A DNA stretch of 64,000 bases from positions 830 to 64,829 of the forward strand of contig JAZRPR010000003.1 of assembly GCA_045649305.1 (NCBI GenBank), given 5' to 3'. This document shows, in pieces, positions 1-9,765 of this stretch (the first letter of the stretch is position 1; each line of letters starts with the position of its first letter). The notes under the pieces were generated by a model. It searched no databases. It worked only from the letters and a program-made list of their open reading frames with translations, and was not told the origin of the DNA. The position numbers were made by a program, and so were the translations under genes. The DNA is from Candidatus Nanosyncoccus sp. GTDB lineage: Bacteria > Patescibacteriota > Saccharimonadia > Saccharimonadales > Saccharimonadaceae.

Positions 1-1
1 C

Positions 2-742
2 TCAATTTCTCCAGATCTTCAGTATCTCCGCCAACAAATCGTACCGTCGCTGCTCGTTAAGGCCTACGATAACCTCAAAGCCAAACACCAGAGCTTCGCG
101 CTTTACGAAATGAACCAAGTATTCCTACGTTCGGATGGTGTTGATGAAGATGGTGTGCCAATCGCAAATAACAACCTCGCGATGGTCGTAGTCGATAACA
201 CAGAAGAAACGAAGTATTATCTTGCGAAAAAATATCTTGAAGAACTCGCCAAAAAACTTGGCATCAAGATTTCGCTCAAGAAGTTCGTACCGGCCGCCGA
301 AAAATTCGAAGCTTTCTACGAACCAAAGCGCAGTGCTAGCATCTATATTGGCGACAAAATTGTCGGCTGCATTGGCGAGATGAAATATGGTGTTTTGAAT
401 AAGTTCAAACTTCCACGTGGTGTGGCCGCCTTCGAGATTAGCCTCGAAGCGCTCACTGAGTTTGCTACCCTCAAAAAATCCGCTCCAGAAATCAGCGACT
501 ACCCAACTGTCTCACGCGACATTACTATTACCACTGATAAACCATACGAAGAAATCTTCGAAAAACTTCAGGCCAAACTCGCTGCTCGTGATCTCGTCTT
601 CAAGATTGTTCCAACTTCGATTTACCAGGCAGACGGCAAGGCGCCAAGCCTCAGCTTCCACCTTGATTTCGCCGACAAAAACAAGACTCTAGAATCGGCC
701 GAAATTCTCGATATTATGAGCGAGCTCGAAAAAATCGCTTAA
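2..742 (+). CDS. pheT: Phenylalanine--tRNA ligase beta subunit, C-terminal part (5'-truncated by window edge)
   Basis: Frame is open from base 2 (SISPDLQYLRQQIVPSLL, the PheT B5 LR.SL.PSLL motif). Ends in an FDX-ACB-like domain (YPTVSRDIT...SLSFHLDF). Confidence 0.9.
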   Translation, partial: SISPDLQYLRQQIVPSLLVKAYDNLKAKHQSFALYEMNQVFLRSDGVDEDGVPIANNNLAMVVVDNTEETKYYLAKKYLEELAKKLGIKISLKKFVPAAEKFEAFYEPKRSASIYIGDKIVGCIGEMKYGVLNKFKLPRGVAAFEISLEALTEFATLKKSAPEISDYPTVSRDITITTDKPYEEIFEKLQAKLAARDLVFKIVPTSIYQADGKAPSLSFHLDFADKNKTLESAEILDIMSELEKIA

Positions 743-790
743 AACGACACGGAATTTTTGAAATCATAATACTTATGTTATAATAGGCTT

Positions 791-1717
791 ATGATTTTGT
801 TTGATCGCGTCACGAAACTTTATCCTGGCGACGAACGCCCAGCGCTCGACGATGTTTCTTTACATATCGAGCCGAATGAGTTTGTCTTCTTGGTTGGCGT
901 CTCTGGCGCCGGCAAGTCTACCCTTATGAAAATGATCACCAAGGAGGAAACTCCGGATTCCGGTAAGATTATCATTGGCGGCATCGATCTTGATTTTGTG
1001 AAGAAGCGCCATATTCCAGAATATCGCCGCAGGCTCGGCGTAGTTTTCCAAGATTTCAAACTTTTGCCACGCCGCACCGTTTACGAAAACGTTGCTTTCG
1101 CGCTCGAAATTGCCGGCATGAGCAGCCGCGATATCGCCAAAACCGTGCCAAAGGTGCTTGAACTAGTTGGTCTGTCGGATCAAGCTAAGAAATTCCCGGA
1201 CCAGATTTCCGGTGGCCAGCGCCAGCGCGTTTCGATTGCCCGTTCAGTAGCCCGCCAACCAAAGATCTTGATTGCCGACGAGCCAACTGGCCAGCTCGAT
1301 AAACTCACCACCGAGGAAATTATCGACCTTCTTAAGAAGATTAATGATTTTGGCACCACAATTCTTGTTACTACCCACAACGAGGAGATTGTCAATAATT
1401 TGCAAAAACGTGTGATCACTTTGAAAGATGGCCGCATCGTCAATGACCAAAAGAACCATGGTATTTATAAGCTCGACGAAACGCCGGCACCAAAGCAGCC
1501 GACCAGAATCGTGCGCACTCCGGGCCACGCTTTGAGGACGAATCCAGCCGCTAAGCCAGCCCCAAGTCTCGTGCTTACCCCGACCCCAACCGTCCCGCCA
1601 GCTCCAGCCGCTAAGCCAGTTGCCAAACCGGCCGCTAAGCCTGCCGCCAATTCGGATCCTGTAGCAGCTAAACCAACCAAAGCCCCACGTGCTTCAAAAA
1701 CAAAGAAGGTAATCTAA
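791..1717 (+). CDS. ftsE: Cell division ATP-binding protein FtsE with Pro/Ala/Lys-rich C-terminal tail
   Basis: Walker A GVSGAGKS, VVFQDFKLL, signature ISGGQRQR, Walker B ILIADEPTG. Directly upstream of ftsX. Confidence 0.93.
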   Translation: MILFDRVTKLYPGDERPALDDVSLHIEPNEFVFLVGVSGAGKSTLMKMITKEETPDSGKIIIGGIDLDFVKKRHIPEYRRRLGVVFQDFKLLPRRTVYENVAFALEIAGMSSRDIAKTVPKVLELVGLSDQAKKFPDQISGGQRQRVSIARSVARQPKILIADEPTGQLDKLTTEEIIDLLKKINDFGTTILVTTHNEEIVNNLQKRVITLKDGRIVNDQKNHGIYKLDETPAPKQPTRIVRTPGHALRTNPAAKPAPSLVLTPTPTVPPAPAAKPVAKPAAKPAANSDPVAAKPTKAPRASKTKKVI

Positions 1718-2755
1718 ATGGTCAAAGAAGGAACTGTTAAAACCAAAAAATCTCTTAAGGGCGTTGCTAAAGAAAAACTCAAAACCATGAAGCGCAGCAG
1801 CGCCAAGCATCCGATGCGTGAAAAATCTCGCATTGTCAAATATGGTGCAATTGGTTTTACGCGCAACATTTGGCTTTCGACTGCCGCTACCGCCGTCATG
1901 ACTTTTACGCTATTCATTTTGTTTGTTACCGTGGTTGCAAGCGTGATTTTGTCTAATACCGCCGACGCTATGCGCGAGAAGATCGATATTACTGTCTATC
2001 TCAAGCCAGGCACTGCTATCGAAGTGCTCGATGAGCTCAAGGAAACCATGGCCGCCGATTCCAACGTAAAATCGGTGGAAGTGGCTACTTCGGAGGAAGA
2101 GTACGAGAAGTTTATCGGCGAGCATCAAGACAATGATGAGCTACTCAACGTAGTTAAAGACGAAGACATGAAAAAAGTCATGATTTCGCAAATGCAATCA
2201 ACCATGCGCATCAAGGCCCACGACGTAGATGACCTTACTAGCATTAAAAACATCGTCGAAAACGATGAAGATTTCCAGAAAAATCTCGACACCAAAAAAG
2301 CCCCAACCTACAATGTCAACCAGATTGAAATCGCGACCATCACTACCTGGGCACGCATCGCCAGAACCGGTGGTATCGTGCTTGGTATCGTATTCTTGGT
2401 CATCTCGGTGCTTATCATCTTTAGTACGATTCGCCTTTCGATCTTTAGCCGCCGCGAAGAAATCTACATGATGAAACTGGTCGGCGCTAGCAAGGGCTTT
2501 ACCCGTGGGCCATTCATTGTTGAGGCCGAAATCTGTGGCATTATTGCCGCGGTGTTTGCCGCCACGATTAGCTACTTCTTCTTTACGCTGCTTTCACCAA
2601 AGCTCGCCAGCTACGGTATCAACGTTGAGTCATTTGCTAAGATTCTTGAATCCAATAAATTGATCCTAGTCTATCTGGTATTTATCGCGGTCGGCGTGAT
2701 GATCGGCAGCGTTTCGGCTCGTCTGGCCGTCAAGAAATATCTCAACAAAGCGTAA
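1718..2755 (+). CDS. ftsX: Cell division permease FtsX
   Basis: Four TM helices with a large extracellular loop; RREEIYMMKLVGA..GF.RGPF motif; abuts ftsE. Confidence 0.92.
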   Translation: MVKEGTVKTKKSLKGVAKEKLKTMKRSSAKHPMREKSRIVKYGAIGFTRNIWLSTAATAVMTFTLFILFVTVVASVILSNTADAMREKIDITVYLKPGTAIEVLDELKETMAADSNVKSVEVATSEEEYEKFIGEHQDNDELLNVVKDEDMKKVMISQMQSTMRIKAHDVDDLTSIKNIVENDEDFQKNLDTKKAPTYNVNQIEIATITTWARIARTGGIVLGIVFLVISVLIIFSTIRLSIFSRREEIYMMKLVGASKGFTRGPFIVEAEICGIIAAVFAATISYFFFTLLSPKLASYGINVESFAKILESNKLILVYLVFIAVGVMIGSVSARLAVKKYLNKA

Positions 2756-2792
2756 GCTTTACAAAAGAGATCAAATATGCTATATATTAATT

Positions 2793-3959
2793 ATGGTAAT
2801 GCTTAAAGGCTCCAAACGATTACTGATGATTGCAGGCCTGGTGGTAGCGGCCACTTTGGCTGGTACTTTGGTTTTCTACAGTAATAGCCAGGGTTTGTCG
2901 AGAGCCTGCCGCAATAGCGCTGCCTGTATGGAGGCTGTCGCCCGTGAGGAGGCTGCCAATGCTAATGCTGCAAACGCTATTAATTCTGCAAACTTATACC
3001 AGATTAAAGTTAATGAACTTAGCGCTTCGATCGCTAGGAAAGAAGCCGAAATCGCCGAGACCGAAGCTAATATTGCTGAGCTTAAACAAAAAATTGCCGA
3101 CGCCGAAGCCGAGCTCGAAAAAAAGCGCGATGCCTTGGCTGAGCTTTTGATCGATATGCATTTTGAGGGCGACGCCGAGCCAATCACGATTTTGGCTGGT
3201 AGTAGCTCAATATCTGATCTCGCTGAGAAGCAGGCCCGCGAAGAAGTGGTTAAGCAAGAAGTTGCCGCCGCTGCTGAAGTCATCAAGCAAACCAAACTCC
3301 AGCTCGAAGAAGACAAAGCTAGAGTTGAGGAATTGCTCGCCGGTCAACAGGCCGCGAGGGAAGAACTCATTGCTACTAAGGCCGAGCAACAAGCTATTGT
3401 TTCGAAATACCAAAACGACGCCAACGCTTACGCTGCGGCCGCCGAGCAGGCCAAGGAAGAACGCCGTGCTGCCGAGAAAGCCGAGCAGGAAGCTCACCCA
3501 GAACTCTACCGTGGTAGCGCCTACACTGGCGACAACACCTACCCATGGCAGGGCGACTGTCCAGGCCGTCAGGATGATTATTCTACCTACATTAATGGCC
3601 GCGCCATCGGTGGCTTAGTCTGCGAATGCGTTAGCTACACTGGTTGGAAAGCCTACGAATATTACGGCGTTTACGCTTCCTGGGGCAATGCTTACTCATG
3701 GGATGACGTCGCTAGAAACCTCGGCTATCGTGTCGACCATACTCCAGCCGAAGGCACAATTGGTCAAACCGACAGCGGCTATTGGGGCCACGTCTTCTGG
3801 GTTGAGAGTGTTAATATGGACGGTTCCATCAACGTTACTGAATACAACAACTACTACGCTACCTACCTTTATTCTGGTCATTCGCACTACGGCGACTTCG
3901 GCGCCCGCCAGATCCCAGCCAGCGAAGTTTGGCGCTACAACTACATCCACTTCGAATAA
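2793..3959 (+). CDS. PcsB/CwlO-like coiled-coil + CHAP peptidoglycan hydrolase
   Basis: Signal peptide, long coiled coil, CHAP catalytic motifs (CECVSY, WGHVFWVE, EYN); follows ftsEX. Confidence 0.88.
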   Translation: MVMLKGSKRLLMIAGLVVAATLAGTLVFYSNSQGLSRACRNSAACMEAVAREEAANANAANAINSANLYQIKVNELSASIARKEAEIAETEANIAELKQKIADAEAELEKKRDALAELLIDMHFEGDAEPITILAGSSSISDLAEKQAREEVVKQEVAAAAEVIKQTKLQLEEDKARVEELLAGQQAAREELIATKAEQQAIVSKYQNDANAYAAAAEQAKEERRAAEKAEQEAHPELYRGSAYTGDNTYPWQGDCPGRQDDYSTYINGRAIGGLVCECVSYTGWKAYEYYGVYASWGNAYSWDDVARNLGYRVDHTPAEGTIGQTDSGYWGHVFWVESVNMDGSINVTEYNNYYATYLYSGHSHYGDFGARQIPASEVWRYNYIHFE

Positions 3960-4034
3960 ATTAAGTCACAATTTAGGGCGAAAACAAGCGTAAACTTTTT
4001 GTCGCCCAGCCTCAAATTATGCTAGAATTAGGTA

Positions 4035-5219
4035 ATGGACAATAAAGGAAAATGGGAAGAAAAACAAGTTAGCCTGAGCGCGGCGGTTGTCGTGGCGGCG
4101 GGCCTAACGATTATTGGTTTTATTTTGGGGCTTAAAGCACCGGATTGGTTGCCGTTTTTGGGCGGACGTGGTTCCGATATCAACTGGACGTCCGAGTTAA
4201 AACCAATCTATGACGACCTAACCAAATATTACGATGGCGAAATCTCTAGAAAAGACGTGATTGAAGGCGCCAAGAAAGGCCTCACGGCTGCCCTCGGCGA
4301 TCCATACACTGTCTACATGGACGCTGAAGAATCTAAGGAATTCCAAAACGACCTTCACGGCACCATCGAGCAAGCCGGTGTCGGCATCGAAATGGGGCTT
4401 CGTGATGGCTACGTACGCGTGCTGCGCACTTTGCCAGACAACCCAGCCCGCGCTGCTGGCGTCCTAGCAGGCGACATCATTTATAAAGTCGACGGCGAGG
4501 AAGTTTATGCGCTGTCGGTTGATGAAATTGCCAAAAAGGTCCGCGGCGACGTTGGCTCCGAAGTCACCATCACGGTTGTTCGCAACGGCAAAGAACTTTC
4601 CTTTACGATGAAGCGTGAAGCGATCAATAATGTCTCAACCTACACCGAATACGATGGCCAGACCGCTATCATTACCGTTACCCGCTTCGACAACGATACT
4701 GGCAAACTCGTCCAACAAGAAGTCCAACAGCACTTTAGCGAGCACAATGTCAATAAAGTGATTCTAGATTTGCGTGGCAACGGCGGTGGCTATGTTAGTG
4801 CAGCGCAAAGCCTACTCAGTCTCTGGATTGATGGCGAGACGGTCTTGATTCAGAAATCTAAGGGCATCAGCGATACGCCAAGCAAAGCCTCTCGTGGCCT
4901 GGCTGTTCTCAAAGATATGAAAACCATCGTGCTCGTAAATGGCTCTACTGCTTCGGCTTCCGAAATCGTGGCTGGCGCCTTGCAAGACTACGGTAAAGCC
5001 ACCATTCTTGGTGAAAAGACCTACGGCAAGGGTGTAGTGCAAAACCTCTTTAATCAAAGCGGTGGTGCAACCCTCAAGATTACAATTGCTAGCTGGTACA
5101 CGCCGCTCGGCCGCTCAATCAACAAAGAAGGCATCGAGCCAGATGTTAAAGTCGAACGTAGCTACGACGACATCAACAGCATGATCGATCCGCAGATGGA
5201 TGCTGCAAAAAATCTGTAA
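4035..5219 (+). CDS. S41 family C-terminal processing protease (CtpA/Prc-like, PDZ)
   Basis: N-terminal TM, DPYT motif, PDZ GVGIE, DLRGNGGG, TASASEI (catalytic Ser), KTYGKG (catalytic Lys). Confidence 0.92.
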   Translation: MDNKGKWEEKQVSLSAAVVVAAGLTIIGFILGLKAPDWLPFLGGRGSDINWTSELKPIYDDLTKYYDGEISRKDVIEGAKKGLTAALGDPYTVYMDAEESKEFQNDLHGTIEQAGVGIEMGLRDGYVRVLRTLPDNPARAAGVLAGDIIYKVDGEEVYALSVDEIAKKVRGDVGSEVTITVVRNGKELSFTMKREAINNVSTYTEYDGQTAIITVTRFDNDTGKLVQQEVQQHFSEHNVNKVILDLRGNGGGYVSAAQSLLSLWIDGETVLIQKSKGISDTPSKASRGLAVLKDMKTIVLVNGSTASASEIVAGALQDYGKATILGEKTYGKGVVQNLFNQSGGATLKITIASWYTPLGRSINKEGIEPDVKVERSYDDINSMIDPQMDAAKNL

Positions 5220-5222
5220 TAT

Positions 5223-5338
5223 AAGACTAGTCATCATTTTTTTGAGACGCCTACAAAACTCCAAAAGTAAAGGCCTAAAGGCCATTGACTTTTGGAGTTT
5301 TTCCGGGATATTGTCTCAAAAAAACAGTGACTAGTCTT
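5223..5338. repeat. 116-bp nested palindrome between convergent genes
   Basis: AAGACTAGTCA 5223-5233 / TGACTAGTCTT 5328-5338; T7GAGAC / GTCTCA7; AAAACTCCAAAAGT 5255-5268 / ACTTTTGGAGTTTT 5288-5301; apical GGCC-TAAA-GGCC. Confidence 0.85.
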
Positions 5339-6595
5339 TTATTCAATGCTTTTCTCGAGTACTTCTTGATAGATTTCTTCAAAGCGTTCGAGTGTACGGT
5401 TGATGTCGTGAGTTTTGGCGATCTCGAGGCTCTTTTTAGCGTAGGCTTCGCGGATTTCCGGCTTGCGAAGGATTTTAAGAATTCCTTTTGCGATGCCGTC
5501 TACATCTTTTGGCACACAAAGCTCGCCGTTTTTGCCATCCTGGCAGACTTCGCGCACGGCGCCTTTGTCGACGGCCACGAGTGGCAGGCCGGTAGCGGCC
5601 GCTTCGATTAATACGATGCCTTGGGTTTCGATTTCGGAAGCCGTCACAAATAGACCACCAACTTTGTAGAGCTCATATAAATCTGGCGGCATGACGCGGC
5701 CGAGGAAATAAACTGAATCGGCTATACCGGTCTTTTCGGCTTGCTTTTCGAGGTTAGCGCGGTCTACGCCATCGCCTACTACTACGAGAATCGCTTCCGG
5801 AAGTTTAACCAAAACTTTTTTAAACGCCTTCAGCACCACCCCAATCTGTTTCTCTGGGTCAACACGGCCAACATAAAGCGCCGTTGGGCAACCCTTCGGA
5901 ATGTGGTATTTTTCGTAAATCGCGGCTGGGGCTTTGCCCGGCTTAAAAGAAGACAAATCTACACCGTTCGATACGGCTTCAACCGGCACCTTAAAACTCT
6001 TTTTGCGCTTAAAAATCAAGTCTTCGATTGCGAGCTGGGTTGGCATGGTAACATAGTCGCTCTTTTTCTGACGGCCTACAAAATAGGCAGCGAGTACGGC
6101 ATCCACCGGTTTCTTTACGACTTTGGGAAGTTTCAAAGGATCCGTAATCACGTCTGGCAAATTATGTTCTGTGGTAACGAGCGGAATGTTGTGGCGATGC
6201 GCAAAGCGCACGGCGGCCAGGCCAACCGGGTCCGAAGCCTGGCAGTGAATCACGTCTGGGCGAAAGCGTGAAAGCGCGCGCTTAATCTCGTTGCCTGGCG
6301 TAGCAGAAACGTGAATACCATTTTTGTAATACATACGCGGCAATTCTTTGCCAAAAAGTTTTTTCTTTGGTGGAACTGGATTAATCTGGTCTGGATAAAC
6401 TGGAAGCTCAATTGATTTCAAGAAAACCGTACGAACGCCATCGACGACTTCGGTGTGGTTTTTGCCGTTTTGGCTCGGGCAGAGCACCATCACGTCGTGT
6501 CCACGGCGAGCTAGACCTACGGCTAGATTGTGTGAAAAAGTGGCGACGCCGTTAGTCATTGGATAATATACTGCAGTTGCAATGGCGATTTTCAT
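5339..6595 (-). CDS. Glycosyltransferase family 4 (GT-B), possibly diacylglycerol glycosyltransferase-like
   Basis: MKIAIAT..YYP..NGVA N-terminus, YVGRVDPEK, ETQGIVLIEA (EX7E) motif. Confidence 0.88.
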   Translation of the reverse strand: MKIAIATAVYYPMTNGVATFSHNLAVGLARRGHDVMVLCPSQNGKNHTEVVDGVRTVFLKSIELPVYPDQINPVPPKKKLFGKELPRMYYKNGIHVSATPGNEIKRALSRFRPDVIHCQASDPVGLAAVRFAHRHNIPLVTTEHNLPDVITDPLKLPKVVKKPVDAVLAAYFVGRQKKSDYVTMPTQLAIEDLIFKRKKSFKVPVEAVSNGVDLSSFKPGKAPAAIYEKYHIPKGCPTALYVGRVDPEKQIGVVLKAFKKVLVKLPEAILVVVGDGVDRANLEKQAEKTGIADSVYFLGRVMPPDLYELYKVGGLFVTASEIETQGIVLIEAAATGLPLVAVDKGAVREVCQDGKNGELCVPKDVDGIAKGILKILRKPEIREAYAKKSLEIAKTHDINRTLERFEEIYQEVLEKSIE

Positions 6596-7098
6596 AAGCT
6601 CATTATAGCATACATCGCGATGCCGGCTGCAACCGAGACGTTGAACGATTCTTTTTGTCCGCGCATTGGAATTTCCAGGAAAGTATCAATCAAATCATAT
6701 AGTTCTGGCTTAATTCCGTGTACTTCTTCGCCAAGAATTAATACTACTCGCTCGGACAAACATGCTTTTAAGTCTGGAGAGTTTACTTTTTTGAGCCTTT
6801 TATCGGAGATATTGTTTTCGAGCCCCACGATTTGCCAGCCGGCAGCTTTTAGATCGGTTAAAGTTGCGACAATATCATCTGAAGAAACAATATCTAGCAT
6901 ATCCTCGGCGCCGAGGGCGGTTTTGTGGATTTCTTTATCGAGTTTGGCGCGAAGATGCGGCAAAAGCGCTTGGTCGTGCACGCGTGGCGTGTAGCCAGAA
7001 AAAATCACGCGTGAAACGCCAAAACCTTCCGCCGTGCGCAAGATGGCGCCGACATTGTAGGCCGAGCGAATATTATCTAGAACCACGGTGATTTCCAT
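6592..7098 (-). CDS. SpoU/TrmH-family RNA 2'-O-methyltransferase
   Basis: LDNIRSAYNVGAILRTA, ILGEEVHG, IPMRGQKESFNVSVA (SPOUT knot). Start moved to ATG 7098, 6 nt after a TGGTATAAT box. Confidence 0.88.
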   Translation of the reverse strand: MEITVVLDNIRSAYNVGAILRTAEGFGVSRVIFSGYTPRVHDQALLPHLRAKLDKEIHKTALGAEDMLDIVSSDDIVATLTDLKAAGWQIVGLENNISDKRLKKVNSPDLKACLSERVVLILGEEVHGIKPELYDLIDTFLEIPMRGQKESFNVSVAAGIAMYAIMSL

Positions 7099-7104
7099 GC
7101 TGAA

Positions 7105-7127
7105 ATTATACCAGATTATGGTATAAT
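7105..7127. promoter_or_regulatory. Back-to-back extended -10 promoters for the TrmH-family gene and leuS
   Basis: Perfect inverted repeat ATTATACCA-gatta-TGGTATAAT; each TATAAT is 6 nt from an ATG (7098 minus, 7134 plus). Confidence 0.75.
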
Positions 7128-7133
7128 ATGGCC

Positions 7134-9518
7134 ATGGAAAGATATGACCCAATTAAAATCGAAGAAAAATGGCAAAAACGCTGGGAGGAAGAAAAGCCTT
7201 TCACCGCGGTAGAAAAAGAGGGAGTTCCAAAGATGTATCTTGCGGAAATGTTCCCGTATCCGTCTGGTGCCGGCCTTCACGTGGGTCACGTCCGAAACTT
7301 CACGATTGTGGACGTTTTAACTCGTTTTTATGCGCAGCAAAAAGTTAATGTGATGCGTCCGTTTGGCTACGATACCTTTGGTCTGCCAGCCGAAAACTAC
7401 GCCATCAAAACTGGTACCGCACCACAAGAAATTACTAAGATCAATATCGATAATTTCCGCAAACAAGCCAAGCGTCTCGGTTATGCCATTGACTGGGACC
7501 GCGAGGTTAACACTTCTGACCCAGAGTACTATAAATGGACTCAGTGGTGCTTCTTGCAACTATTCAAGAAAGGTCTTGCCTACCAAAAAGAGTCATATCA
7601 ATGGTGGTGTCCGGTTGATCAGACCGTGCTCGCAAACGAGCAAGTAGAGAACGGCTGCTGCTGGCGCTGTGGTCACGAAGTCGAAAAACGTAAGATGAAA
7701 CAGTGGTTCTTTAAAATCACTGCCTATGCTGATGAATTGCTCGACGAAATCGACGCTCTGGATTGGCCAGAAAAAATCAAGACCATGCAAAAGAACTGGA
7801 TTGGCCGTTCTGAAGGCGCTTTGGTAGACTTTGACGTGGAGGATTCCGAAGCCAAAATCAAAGTCTTTACTACTCGTGTTGATACGATTTTTGGCGTGAG
7901 CTTCCTTGCGCTGGCTCCAGAGCATCCGTTAGTTTCTAAAATTGTTACCGACGGCGCTAAAGAAAAAGTTGAAGAGTATTGCAAAAATGCTATCAAGAAA
8001 TCCGAAATCGAACGCCAAGAAAATCACGAAAAAACCGGCGTCTTTACTGGTGCGTATGCCATTAATCCACTCAACGGCGAGAAAGTGCCAATTTGGGTGG
8101 CTGACTACGTGCTTTCTGGCTACGGCGAAGGTGCCGTGATGGGCGTGCCGGCTCACGATGAGCGCGATTTTGAGTTTGCCGAAAAGTTTGATTTGCCAAT
8201 TCGCAAAGTAATTGAAAAACCAGAAGAATCTACCGACGACGACAAATGCTACCACGGCGAAGGTGTCTTGGTGAACTCCGGACAATTTAACGATACCAGA
8301 AGCGAAGATGCGCGTGAGCAGATTGCTGCTTGGCTCGAGGAGCGGGGAATTGGTAAACCGCAAGTGACCTACAAAATGCGCGACTGGCTCATTTCTCGTC
8401 AGCGCTATTGGGGCTGCCCAATTCCAATCGCCTACGATAAAGATGGCAACCCGCACGCTATCCCAGAAGATCAACTGCCGGTCATCATTCCGGAAGTTGA
8501 AGATTACAAACCAGACAACTCTGGCCGTTCTGCTTTGGCAAAATGCAAGGATTGGCTCAAAGTCACTATTGATGGCGAAGAGATGACGCGCGAGACTGAT
8601 ACGCTCGATGGCTACGCCTGCTCGAGCTGGTATCTCTGGCGCTATGTCTCGACTCACGACTCTGAGCACGCCTGGAATCCAGAAGCCATTAAGTACTGGG
8701 CTCCAACCGATGTCTATGTTGGCGCAGATCACGCCGTGGCACACCTCCTTTATGTGCGTTTCTGGTGCAAATTCTTTGCCGATGAAGGTTACTTGCCGTT
8801 CCGCGAACCAATTAAGAAGTTGATTTATCATGGCTACATCAATGCCCCAGATGGTAAGAAGATGAGCAAGAGTAAGGGCAACGTGATTGATCCGCTCGAT
8901 GTGATTAACGATGGCTATGGCGCCGACACGCTCCGTACTTACGAAATGTTCATCGGTCCAGTCGAGCTTGATGCCGCTTGGGATCCACGTTCAGTGGGTG
9001 GCGTCTATCGCTTCCTCGGTCGCTCGTGGAGCTTAGCTTTTGGCGAGCCAGCCAAAGCCGAGAAAGATGCCAACATTGTGCTACGCAACAAGACCATTAA
9101 ACGCGTTACCGATGATATCCATCGCTGCAGCTTTAACACTGCGGTGGCCGCGTTGATGGAATATGTGAACGAGCTTTACAAAGTTGGTGTCGAACCGGCC
9201 GATATCGAAACCTTGGCTAAACTTTTGAAACCATTTGCTCCGCACCTCGCCTGTGAAATGCTCGAGAAGATTGGTGTAGCGGATGATGAGTGGCCAGTTT
9301 GGGACAATAATTATTTGGTGGATGACGTGGTTGAAGTGGTCGTACAAGTTAACGGCAAACTCCGCGCTAAACTCAGCGTTGCTTTGGAAGAATTAGAGAA
9401 CGAAGACAAGATTAAGGAACTCGCGCTTGCCGATGAAAAAGTGAAGAAATTTGTTCCTGGCGAGCCAAAGAAAGTTATCTTTGTTAAAAAAGCCAAACTT
9501 GTAAATATTGTTGCCTAA
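7134..9518 (+). CDS. leuS: Leucine--tRNA ligase
   Basis: MFPYPSGAGLHVGH (HIGH), KMSKSKGN (KMSKS), DWLISRQRYWG. ATG 7134 preferred over 7128 (leaderless geometry). Confidence 0.97.
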   Translation: MERYDPIKIEEKWQKRWEEEKPFTAVEKEGVPKMYLAEMFPYPSGAGLHVGHVRNFTIVDVLTRFYAQQKVNVMRPFGYDTFGLPAENYAIKTGTAPQEITKINIDNFRKQAKRLGYAIDWDREVNTSDPEYYKWTQWCFLQLFKKGLAYQKESYQWWCPVDQTVLANEQVENGCCWRCGHEVEKRKMKQWFFKITAYADELLDEIDALDWPEKIKTMQKNWIGRSEGALVDFDVEDSEAKIKVFTTRVDTIFGVSFLALAPEHPLVSKIVTDGAKEKVEEYCKNAIKKSEIERQENHEKTGVFTGAYAINPLNGEKVPIWVADYVLSGYGEGAVMGVPAHDERDFEFAEKFDLPIRKVIEKPEESTDDDKCYHGEGVLVNSGQFNDTRSEDAREQIAAWLEERGIGKPQVTYKMRDWLISRQRYWGCPIPIAYDKDGNPHAIPEDQLPVIIPEVEDYKPDNSGRSALAKCKDWLKVTIDGEEMTRETDTLDGYACSSWYLWRYVSTHDSEHAWNPEAIKYWAPTDVYVGADHAVAHLLYVRFWCKFFADEGYLPFREPIKKLIYHGYINAPDGKKMSKSKGNVIDPLDVINDGYGADTLRTYEMFIGPVELDAAWDPRSVGGVYRFLGRSWSLAFGEPAKAEKDANIVLRNKTIKRVTDDIHRCSFNTAVAALMEYVNELYKVGVEPADIETLAKLLKPFAPHLACEMLEKIGVADDEWPVWDNNYLVDDVVEVVVQVNGKLRAKLSVALEELENEDKIKELALADEKVKKFVPGEPKKVIFVKKAKLVNIVA

Positions 9519-9765
9519 ATTATAAAGTACAAATAGATTATTTTTTAGAGACATCTTCTAAAATGTCAACCAAGACATTATAGTGCAATGGTTCTACATA
9601 CTGGTTCTTTTAGTCTCTAAAAAATAACTATTTGTACTTTTTTGTTAGGGGGAAATTGCCGGGATTAGGGGTTTTAGCGTTGTATTTTTTACAACATTTT
9701 TTGTTACACATACCATCGCGTTCATGCTAAAATTAACGTAAGTGTAATTGTAGAGTGAGGTATAA

